From assembly GCA_030141605.1 (NCBI GenBank), contig JAQGDQ010000169.1:387833-451832 (forward strand): a stretch of 64,000 nt of DNA. The letters run 5' to 3'. The position numbers and the translations under genes were made by a program. This document shows, one piece after another, positions 53,601 through 64,000 of the stretch; position 1 is the stretch's first letter, and each line of letters opens with the position of its first letter. The DNA is from Tubiluchus corallicola (Eukaryota > Animalia > Priapulida). The notes beneath the pieces were generated by a model. It was given only the letters and a program-made list of their open reading frames with translations, was not told the DNA's origin and ran no database searches.

Positions 53601-55544
53601 TAAAGTACAAGATGTGTTTTCAGGTACAAGGAATGTCATTTGTTGCTGCCATGTTGCTACTTAATGTTGATGTTGACGATGCATTTATCTGCTTTGCTAA
53701 TCTACTTAACAAGCCGTGTCATCTAGCCTTCTTCCGAATGGATGATGGGTTGGTAAGGACAGACTTTATGCCTGTAAACAAACAAAAAAGTTCATTGGCA
53801 TTGCTTGTACCATTGATTTTTATGCAAAAAATGGCGTGAAAAACTTTTACATACAATTTTTGTCGAAACTGCAGTGCTTGAGAAATTTTGTAATGTATAA
53901 TTTTTTAACAATATGCAGTTTAAAATAAAAAAATTGTGTTGTACATTTTAGATACACAATAGTTATGTATAATCAAGTTTTAGTTTTATAAGTGGTGCTT
54001 GTTACATTGTAAATGCTTAATTAAAAATATTACTTGTGCAGTTTTGTTGTTTATTAATCAACATTACAAACTTTTGTACAGTTTTTATATGTAATTGTGG
54101 TCTTAGCTTCGTTAAGTAGTTGTTTCTTTAAGCATGGTTCTGGTAATAATTCCTTAATCACAGTAGTTTTTAATGTGAAAAACCTTGCTCTTTGCAGATG
54201 AAGGCTTACTTTAGTACTTATGAAGAAATGTTTGCCGAGAACTTGCCCAAATTGTTTGATCACTTTGCAAAACACAATCTGACTCCTGATCTTTATCTTA
54301 TTGATTGGTAAGTCAGCAATGAGTGTTTATTAATAACGTATATTCTTGCCTCTGTTTTTCTTATAAGCATGGCAGTCAAAGGAAAGTAATTCATACATGG
54401 CATTAACACAGGATTCAAACTGCCAATTTTCATTGTATCTTGCAGGGTTTATACAATATTCAGCAAGTCACTTCCTCTGGATATTGCATCACGGGTTTGG
54501 GACCTTTTTTGTCGTGATGGAGAGGAGTTTCTTTTTCGTTGCGCACTTGGTTAGTATGCACTGCTGCCATTTTTTGTTAAACCGTCAGCAATCACAGAAT
54601 GAATACATTCCTTTATTAGTGTAAAAAAACCTTCAACTGGATGTGTAGAAAGTCACGTTCTTATTGTAGGTGTGTTAAGAATGTATGAAGATATACTCAT
54701 CAACCTTGATTTCATTCATCTTGCTCAATTCTTGACCAAGCTGCCAGAAGACATGATGCCCGAGCTGCTATTCAAGAACATAGAATCAATTAAAATGCAT
54801 GTGGAAAAGAGGAAATTTGCTCAGGTAAGATGAAGTTTTAACTTGGTAATATTTCAGATACGACTTGATAGAGGGTACACTTAATTTTTTTTACCCTATG
54901 TCTCCATACCTACCATCATTGATAAACACATTGCACATCTATAGTGCATTCTCATATCTGCTTAGATCACCACTATGTAGATAGATGCACCCTCTATCCA
55001 AATGCTACTGCATGCCCTTTTTCTGCATAATAGAAAAATAAACTGTATAGCCCGGGGTTGCCTAAGTTTTGGTTGTCTTTCACTGTCACTAGTTTTTCAT
55101 TGGTTGCTCAGTTGTTCTCCATTCTTATTCAGTTTTTGCTGTAGTACTAGTTATATTTTACACTCTACTCCACTACTGGTTTTTCCTTCATTATGAAAAT
55201 CGTCTCCACTGGAGAATGTAAAATAATAGATTGGCGGTTTTGCCACCTAGATGACATTCTTTCTTCTGACATCTTTATTACTGAGGACTAACTCAATCAT
55301 CTTCTCAGACAGTTTGTTTTCCTGTAAGACATTATAGCCTCACAAAACTTTTTTGCTGGCAAATTCTTGTTGCGCTTGCCAAGGGCTTTTTTGCTAACAA
55401 TTTTGGAAAATATAGTAATTGGTTAATGGTGTAATTATGGCAGTTTCTTGATGATGTGAAGAACTGTCTAAAGTAATTTTCTTTTTGCTCCAGGTCCTAA
55501 GCACTCATGTGGAAATGTTGAAGGACAGGAATAAAGAAAGCTAG
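31641..55544 (+). CDS. TBC1D14: TBC1 domain family member 14/12 (Rab-GAP TBC domain), ~797 aa, 12 coding exons
   Basis: Exons 31641-32695, 50669-50893, 51262-51344, 51782-51899, 52256-52461, 52726-52811, 53226-53297, 53624-53752, 54198-54307, 54446-54549, 54670-54824, 55494-55544. All GT-AG with consistent phases; 2394 nt. Motifs: [50 protein letters not shown] (R finger), [13 protein letters not shown] (Q finger), [16 protein letters not shown]. Probably a single invertebrate co-ortholog of TBC1D12 and TBC1D14. Confidence 0.93.
40251..40410. repeat. 52-53-bp minisatellite, 3 copies
   Basis: Unit CACCCGCGCCTAGCTAGAACTTCTRTTATTTYCTTGTGGRGGAGTTGTGATA starting at 40251, 40303 and 40356. Confidence 0.95.
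42124..42657. repeat. 267-bp direct tandem duplication
   Basis: 42124-42390 and 42391-42657 appear identical by eye; each copy begins in an (AC)n run. Confidence 0.92.
43316..43676. mobile_element. Degenerate hAT-like MITE
   Basis: Inverted GCTGGATTAC (43322) and GTAATCCAGC (43663-43672) with GC-rich subterminal motifs. Confidence 0.55.
46478..46772. repeat. 59-bp minisatellite, 5 copies
   Basis: Unit ATTGGGTCAGCATTCTATTAGGCTAGGTTAGCTAATGCAACTTGAGCTAATGGCTAAGC repeated 5 times, with one substitution in the last copy. Confidence 0.97.
53093..53150. repeat. (TG)n/(TA)n microsatellite in a TBC1D14 intron
   Basis: Direct reading. Confidence 0.9.
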
Positions 55545-58500
55545 AGGTTATGTGGCAGTGAAAGCCGTCCAGCAAGTAACAATGCAATCTCATATTTTAG
55601 ATGGTAGAAAATATTATACAGTGCAAATAGTAAAAAGGTGCTGACAGGAAGAGAAGGGGTGCATCTTACTGAAAGTGTGATTATTATGGTGACATTATGG
55701 GACTTGGCTAAATGCAGATCCGCCATTTACATGCTGATTCTTGTTTTTTCACTTTGTGTGAAACGCTGAAGCTTGCTCAATAATTGCTGAGTGTTAGCAA
55801 GTATATAAGTTAAACAACTAAAATCAAAATCATAAAAATTTTAAGTTGCAGCTGTGAAATTACTATATGTAGTGTCTTACAATGTCAAGTCTCTTACCTT
55901 TTCTTATAATAACTAGAACAAATCTACTAATTTGAAACAACCAAAATTATGCTAATTATTGCAGAGTTGTATGTTGGTGAGTTCCACTTAAAGAAAAGAT
56001 ACCAATTACTCTCTTGCAAGTATGAATGAAAACTACTTTAATGCTGAGCTGTTTTGGAAGATTTAAAAACATTTCATTGTGAGGTTATTTCAACTTAAAC
56101 TAATTAAGCAATATGAATGCTGAATAATCACTTTATATCTTGTAATCCTAAAAAACAGTCAATTTCAGAATTGTTATAATTCAGCAAATAAAGTTGGCCA
56201 TAATTTCAGTGACACATTCAATTTACATTTTGTAAAGCTAATGAACATGATGTAAGGTTTTTGTTCTCAAGAATTTAGTTATTATTTTGGTGCAGTAGTG
56301 TCGAATCCATAGTAGGTCATTTACATTTTATCCCTATTACAATAGGGAGACTAATATCCATCTTGCCTATTATTGTTTTATAGGAAATTTTTCTTATGGT
56401 ATTCATTTTGATGATGATTTGTCACTTAACATCACTTCTGCTGTGATACAAGCTTGATGCTTGAATTTAATCTCTTACTAGTATTTTTGTCTAACGTCTC
56501 TCAGTTATTGCTATGTTGTGTGTAATAGTAATAGTTTTTTGTACTTTTAGTACCTTACAAAAACATAGCTGTCATTCCAAGGTTTTATAGTATAAATAAA
56601 TAACGAAGTTTTGCAATTTATCTGTTTGCATAACTGCTTGCATTAAGATTCTTAAACAATAGTTGTCAATGTTTTTGAGTGTTTCCCTTTTTCATTCGTT
56701 AGTTTTATGCGTTCCATCAACCATCTGGCATAATTAGCTTTAATATGTCTGTAATATCAATATTTCATAATTTGTTCAAAAATCAATGTCATTTTGTGTG
56801 ATAAAGCTCTAAATACAAAGGACATAAAGAGTTACACTGCCACATAATCGTGCACCAGATGGTCCAACTTTTTCAAGCTTGAGGGATTTGCGAGTTACCA
56901 GTTCCTTCTAGAAGGCTCGTGCAGTTAGTGCTGCCACCTTTTAAATAATTTTAATGTCTAGTACGTTGTTGTGTGATCGTCTACATACAATAATTGTAAT
57001 CGTGTGCAAAGTGCAGGCTTTTACCAGATGTAGCATGTATAATGTAGATACATAAAATGAAAGAATTTACTCGACTAAAACTTGTATATAAACTGTATTA
57101 TAATTAGAATGTAAAAATGATATCTTCTAAATATGTTAGACGTTGTGTACTAAAACCTGATAATACAATTATGACATTATTTAACAAATTATTATTGCAT
57201 CATCTTATTCGTGCACCTCTTTCTTGAAAAGTAAATCACAATTAAAATCATTCCGATCATGAAATAACACATGAATGGCGACTTTCTGTAGAGATCAATT
57301 TCCAGTCAAAGTACAGTGCTATCCAGTCAAAGGAAAGTGCTATGCTTTAAACATAATATTTTGCAATGGTACCTGTCTACATTTATAGTTTCTGCGTTAC
57401 CATAATATAATTATTGGTATCTTCACCACAATAGTATTTTTACTTGAGGTGGAAACAAATTTCAAACTTCGGAAGTTGAACTGTAAACGTGAACGACGAT
57501 TTTGGTTCCCAATGCTTGCCTTATGGCATCACTTACAACTGCACATCTTGTACATGATTAAAATCAGGAATATGGCACGCATAATTCACACAACTTAATT
57601 ACTAGTAAAAAAGGGTAAAAAGCACCACTTTATTGTAAGCAATTGCGAAAAATCCAAAACCAATTTTGTCAACGAAATACTAAATAAAATATTATACAAA
57701 TAAAAAACATTAAGAGTACAGTGAAATATTGAATTTCTGCAACACTTCAGTTTTCCTTGTCAGGCTGTAATTGTGCTGTTACGCTAATCTTAGTGTCGTT
57801 GTCGTAGTAACAGTGAGCCAGTTACAGCTTAAATACTAGAAGAATTCTTCAAGTCAGTATAATTTTCAATTAGAAAACAGCACAAATCATGGGTGTCCAC
57901 TGTTAAGGACTACACGGATATAAGGAAGGGAGAGAAAAACAGAGCTGTTTACCGTGCACTAATGAGGAGCTACAGCAGGATGTTGTATTGCTCGCTGATG
58001 AATAATTACACACTGGCACACAGTTTCAAAAAGTACACTTGGTATATAAAAGAAACAATAATTTACTTGTTTTCCACTACCATACGAGCTCAGATACTGT
58101 GTTCTGTAACATACTTTTGTGGCTACATTAACACTGTGTATTACTTTAGAAGAACATTAAAAGTCAATATTATAGCATATAAGTAATGTATGTTTTCTAA
58201 TTTCGGATATTTATTATAATAATACTTTCTGTGATCAGTATCTGCTGACACGATGCAGACAAAATGTAAAAGCAGCATAATTTGAATTTTTTGAGCATGA
58301 GTACATAGACTGTTTACATATATTTACATTCTTCAATTATACCAGTATTTTGTACATAAAACACAAACCAGCACCCGTTTATCTACACTGTAAATAGATA
58401 AAAATATAATAGTATACAATCCTATAATACAAAAACATAACATGGTAGGCCAGAGCAACATAGTTAATTAATATGATTAGAGAAGGTACGCAAACTGATG

Positions 58501-59294
58501 TACATTTACAAAAACATAACATTTGTTCCAGCTTATCATTTTCTGGCTGCAGTAGATCACATTTAATACAAGATAAGGCGAACAAATGAAAAATGTTACT
58601 TTGAGAAACGTCATTAGTGCTTTGCTAAGAAGTTAAGCTGCATCAGACCTGATTAGTAAACTGATGCACACACTCAAAACTGAAACTGTGTAAATGGACA
58701 GGTAATTGCCAGGAAAACTGCTTCGGGTGTTTCCATGTTAAAGAACTATCTTTAATAATCATAATCATATCATCTTGTAATCATCGCTGCTTTATGTCAA
58801 TGATGCTATGAAAACTGAAATTGAGATCTGCTGTTCACCCCAAAAGTCTTTGTAGTGTCATATTAAATGTTAGTGCCAATCTTGCTTCCAATGAGCAAGT
58901 GTGTGCTGGCATTCTTTTCCAAAAGAAAACACTTTCATTGACATTCACCACCTACTGGCATAAATAACCATCTTCTTGATTAAAATGTTCTTTCTTAAGT
59001 TTTTAACTGCTTCAACTTCTGCATTGGTTGTTTCTCTTGTGTTACTTTAAGTAATGTGAAATGTTGATACTGGCAACATTGGAAGGGGTTCGAATTAAAA
59101 AAACGCTTTAGACCTTTGCTCCTGAGGTAGTTTCATTCCTGTTTGCATATCATTAGGCAAACTCAAAGCTTTAGTTTTAATAACACAAACTGAGTGGAGT
59201 TGCATTCTGATATTGGCCACGCATCCATATTATACATATTCTTGTAATATGTATATATTATATGCCATATACACGCATTACACAAAATAAATTA

Positions 59295-59380
59295 CGAGCC
59301 TGAAAAAATTTATCCTCAACTGGGAATTGAACCCACTTTTGCATATCAGGCAGTTTTGCTAGTTACCACAGTCTATGCCA
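59295..59380 (-). mobile_element. tRNA-derived SINE-like head (degenerate)
   Basis: Minus strand shows an A-box-like TGGCATAGACTGTGG, a B-box GGGTTCAATTCCC, then ATTTTTTCAGGCT. No tRNA cloverleaf could be folded. Confidence 0.5.
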
Positions 59381-60603
59381 AAGTAAAAGCACACATTTCA
59401 ACCGCCTTTCAACTGTTATGCATTTTAATCACGCTATTCTACTGCACTAGCTAAATTGTTAGTGCGAAGCTTCTTGCCTTGCTTTTATTTTTCTAGACTT
59501 TTGTGAATTGTCGCTACGACTGACTGATGCTGATAAAGATGTCTTTTGTGTTGTTCTCTCTCCAAAACTACAGCATATTAAAGTGGCAGGTAAGCTAGCA
59601 TGTGCACATGCTAGCTTAACATGTATTTTTAATACTTAACAGATATTTTGTCAAATCAACTCAATTTACCCTGTAGCGGCAAACACCAGCAATAAATGCT
59701 ATACAGAAATGTGTCAGCACGTGACAGCCAGCTATGAACCAGTAGTGAGTGTTTGCAGAGTAGTTTTCTTGTTTAAGATCTTTTCACAAAGTCTCGACAT
59801 TCACAAACAAAATTTCAAGCACACGGTATAATGACAAAAATTGACTGTTACAATAAAACATTTGTCACTGAGCCAAGAAATGGAAAAGTTCATTATCACT
59901 AAACCTAATTATCGCTAAACGGGAGTCGTTAAGTGGCGAATTATTATAAATTTAAAAAAATAGCACACTTATAATGATCCAGTAAAAGTTTTAAAAATTC
60001 TGCTATGAACATTAGCATGTAAATAGATGCATTCAAAAGTTTCCAACGTAATCATCAACACTACTGTCTTTTGCTGGGAAGTTCATGCAAGGTGTTTCAA
60101 ATCTAAGACACTTACTGTAATTTGGAGGAAAAAAGAGAAATAGTCAGTACACAGGCACAGTTAAAGTTAAAAGTTTCTTTTTTAAGAAAGCGTGACACTA
60201 TCATTGATGCAAAATGAAATGTTAAACTAATAACGTCGCAGTACCTCAAGCCTGTTTGCATCAAGTGTTTAGATAAACAAGAGTGGTGACAACTTGTTTA
60301 TTAAAAACTTATAATTTGTATATTTTTGCTGCTGACTATTCTAAATTAAAATATGTATAACAAGTATTTGACACACGTATAACAATGTGTAACAAGTTTT
60401 TTATACTGTAGAAAAATCATACAAACATTTCACATGGCTGTTTTCTGAAAACAAATTCAGAAATGATTGCATTAATGACAGTGAAAATTTTTCACAAGAT
60501 TTTTTTGATTTTACAGAATATACAAAAAAAATATATCTATAGTGTATGTCAAATACCAACAGGTGATGGCAAAAGGTCATAAAGTAATAAATCACTAAAT
60601 TCT

Positions 60604-63600
60604 TTACTCATCATTCTGAGCAGCCTTTTCTGTGGAATCGTGATGTGAAGAAGCCATTGGTTTGCTGTCACTTCTCAGTCGTGTTGTATCACATGCGCTG
60701 TATTTTGTTCCCTCAAACTGCCTCAGATGAATCTGATTAATTTAAAACAACCAGTAATAAAAGTCATTGATATAGCTAGCTGTTTCGTATTTTTCAGACA
60801 GAAATTCGAATTTCATGACACAAAATAGTTGCATAGTAATAAGTTATGAAGAAGCTACATTTTCGATGGGATAAATCAAGCAGGTCATTAGCAAGTTCAA
60901 GAAATGTGTACAAAAAAGTTATTCACGCTTGATGATTGCTTAGCTTGTCATTTTTCTGGAAATTTTATTTCATTTTTAAAACATATGCAAATATTAAAAA
61001 TAAAGCAAACTATGAGAATTTAAGTGCTTTTAAATGTAGCACATACACAACATGTGACAAAAATGACTTCAGTATGTCTCAATTCGTGTACTTCATTATG
61101 TGTGCACAAAGCACTTGCCAAATGAGCAGATAAAAATAAATATTCACCTGTAGATAAAGATTTACTTCTGCACTCCGGCTCAAGAAAGGAAAATTGCCAC
61201 CACTTTTTATATGTGCCCTTTTTGCTTCGGGGTAGCATTTATACGTTTCTTCCCTAACAGCTTGTGTTAATGCACAATCATCAAATACCTAAAAATGCAT
61301 CAATTAGAACACAATAATTAATTCCAGTGCTCTCAGTTTGTCATGGTTGTTCCTGTTCCAAACAAATCTCAGCAAATGCTTGAGAACCCTTCCAAAAGGA
61401 CACAGTGCTTTTATTAGATCGTAAAAAGTTTGCCAGTTCAAGAATAGCCAGAAACCAATTTACATGTTAATTAGGCTGTGATGTTTAACTTTGGAAAATA
61501 GGTACCAAAACAGCAAGCCATTTTTCTACAGTCCAGGCTAGAAAAACATTCCTACAAATTAATTCGTAATGGTACTAATAGAGGTACTTTTAAAAGAAAC
61601 CATATCACCTTGTAGCCCAGTTTACCCTCTTTCCAAGGAGCTATAAATTTTCAAAGAGTAGCCTCAAGGCACTCTTTGATCGACCCGGACTAAATCTAGA
61701 GCAACTTGTACCGGATGACGTGAAACGTGGGCCTCTTTTACAAATGTCTTTATCAGCATTGAACGAGAAGTACGAGGAGCTGATTTCGGGAAAAGCTTTT
61801 CTGGAAGACCTGTAATCTGTAGTCCTTAAATCTGATAATAAAATTTTAAAGCAAGTAACTGACAGAGAACAACGATAAGAAGTAAAAAGAACAGTAAATC
61901 ATCAACATGAAAGCACAGCTGTAACAGCCTGTGCATACAGACTTACATCCATAACTGTAATGGTGACGTTACTCAGCTTCTGAGGCTCAACATACGAAGC
62001 CATGCAGTTTAATGTCAATCTTGAAGCCAACTGTTGCTGATTTAGAGAATCGAGCTGAAAGATTACCAGTTATTAATAATCAATCTATCACCACTATCAA
62101 TTCTTTAACACAGGAATTTGCAGTTTTAAATTTTCAGAAGTATGATCTGAAGATTAAATACCTTCTCAACCATAAAATCTATGGAATCTGCTATCTCTGA
62201 ATCCACTGGTGAAGCATTAAAGTTACCCATAACCATTTTTTTTAAAACTAAATTCGGCATCATCCAAAATCTAGAAAAACATGTTCAAGATACGCATCAA
62301 TTACAATCAAAATCTAGTGTTCAGGCTTGAGAAAGTGTTGTGCCTAAGTGGTGGCTCCAGTAAGATACTGGGCCTAGGCAGCACCCTGGCATTAGATTTT
62401 CGCACATTTACAGAGCTGTACATGTCGTGCGATTTGCAGTGAATTTTGTGATAAAGTTGAAAATGGTGTCGATAACACAATTTCTTTCTGCAGAAGAAAA
62501 AATAGTCGACAATTTGAAATAAAAGCTCAAATCGATTATGCTCACCTAAATTGATTTGGGCTTTTATTTACTGTAAAGCTAATCAAGTGATGTTTTACAA
62601 GGACAATAATATTGATTGTTGAAATTGTATTACTATCCTAAAGCCGCAAAATTACATAAAAAACAGAAAAGGTTGAGATCTTCAATTAAAGTTGCATGAC
62701 ACTGCAGATGAATGAATGAGTTGTTGACATTTTGCAAACAGCTTAAATGAGCAATTTAGCAAATTAGAAATGACATGGCGGTCACAATTCTGAAGAAAAA
62801 TCCATTAATCTGGGAGTCAAGACCCGCATTGTCTTTTACACATGTATTACTTACAAGGCAGCCGAATCTGTCTGCTCAAAGATACTAGTATCAGTGAAAG
62901 AATTGCACATGACAATAGAAGCCACTCGGGGGGATCGGAATGTTGCTTCGGCAAATTTCTGACCTAGAAATCCTCCAAGTGAGGTACCGAATATATGCAC
63001 CTACACAACATGTATGTACTTCACATTATATATGCAAAACTTACACATACACAGCATACAAGAATCATTTGCTCTAAATAAGGCTGCAAAACAAAACAAT
63101 ACTAATTAGGTTAACAGCTATAAAACATTAAAGGGACTCATTCCAATGCAGGTTCAGAAGAATTTGGCCCAACATTTGTAAAACTCTAATTCACATCATC
63201 TATATTACACACACACACACATTAAAAAATAATCTCTTCTCAGTCGAACTTGAGCTGTTATTTTGCTATACTGTGATAAACGAATACTACTCAGAAAGAG
63301 ATTTACAGTTACTAACTAGTGAACTAACAAAAACTTAGTCAACTTTCATGTGTGGACCCCAAGTTGGACAGCTGATCATTTACTGCATCAATTTCAGTTC
63401 AAGTCAGCAAACAACATTAGTTTTGGATGTACATTTGTCAACCACAGACTACAGGTGGGCAAACAACCATGAACCGCACAAACGGAACAGCTGATTGCCA
63501 CAACAGTAACTGCGTACTATATGACTAGTAGTAAAAACTAAAGACTATCAAAATGCTACTGAGTAACCCCACAAAAGAAATGCCCGTGTCAGAACACAAA

Positions 63601-63721
63601 AATTACTAAATGCAATTAGGTTGACAATATCAGTAGTTACCTTATCGAGATGTAAATAATCGAGTAATTTACGAAGACCCTCATTCCATTCCATTAAATT
63701 CCAGTAAACTGGATATTCTGT
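60604..63721 (-). CDS. SPG21: Maspardin (alpha/beta-hydrolase fold, SPG21), last six exons; 5' end beyond the window
   Basis: Exons 63721-63641 ([27 protein letters not shown]), 63000-62855 ([18 protein letters not shown]...[10 protein letters not shown]), 62270-62162 ([17 protein letters not shown]...DSIDFMVEK), 62054-61947 ([17 protein letters not shown]...VMD), 61288-61148 (VFD...[26 protein letters not shown]), 60732-60604 ([13 protein letters not shown]...*). All GT-AG with consistent phases. Missed by the ORF track. Confidence 0.95.
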
Positions 63722-64000
63722 CTGAAATGTTAATTATCAAATTACAAAATGCAGTTTTTTGTAGCATATATGAACTGATGCACTTATAGAGTACCTAATT
63801 AATTCAATAAAAACTCAGAATGCTTCACAGGCCATACAGTCAGGAAAATGCTGTAAAAAACACTAGTAGTGCCATTTTTGTAAATCGCGTAAATTCGTTG
63901 AGAAAATTTTTGGGGGTTGAACCTCAGTTTCTCGAAATTGTAACCGAAACTTTCAGTAGCATATTTTCGAGGTTTTTATCCAGCTTACCTTCTATCTCCT

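Noticed and set aside
57893-58186. 97-aa ORF between TBC1D14 and SPG21
   Set aside because: GTG start, no recognisable motifs or splice context; probably UTR or intergenic noise.
63980-64000. Minus-strand donor AAG|GTAAGC as the next SPG21 exon
   Set aside because: The required phase-0 frame contains TAG and does not resemble the expected maspardin sequence; it looks like part of a repeat.

Overview
AT-rich metazoan (invertebrate-like) genomic DNA with spliceosomal GT-AG introns; most ORF-track entries are microsatellite or antisense noise. Manual exon assembly supports five protein-coding genes. (1) An unrecognised 145-aa secreted prepro-protein (signal peptide, RSKR convertase site, 10-Cys mature domain ending GCGPNYCCC) at 2511-5639 (+), with a TATA promoter and kB/GATA-like motifs. 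(2) NACHO/TMEM35 (-, 21290-24746). (3) HEXIM with an uninterrupted CDS (+, 27723-28529). (4) A TBC1D14/TBC1D12-type Rab-GAP-family gene (+, 12 coding exons, 31641-55544, ~18-kb first intron). (5) The last six exons of maspardin/SPG21 (-, 60604-63721; 5' end outside the window). Repeats include a decayed CR1/L2-type LINE nested inside a palindromic MITE, several other MITEs, a transposase remnant, a tRNA-SINE-like head, minisatellites, a 267-bp tandem duplication and many (CT)n/(GAT)n microsatellites. The best novelty candidate is the cysteine-rich secreted gene. All calls were made by eye and no database search was run.
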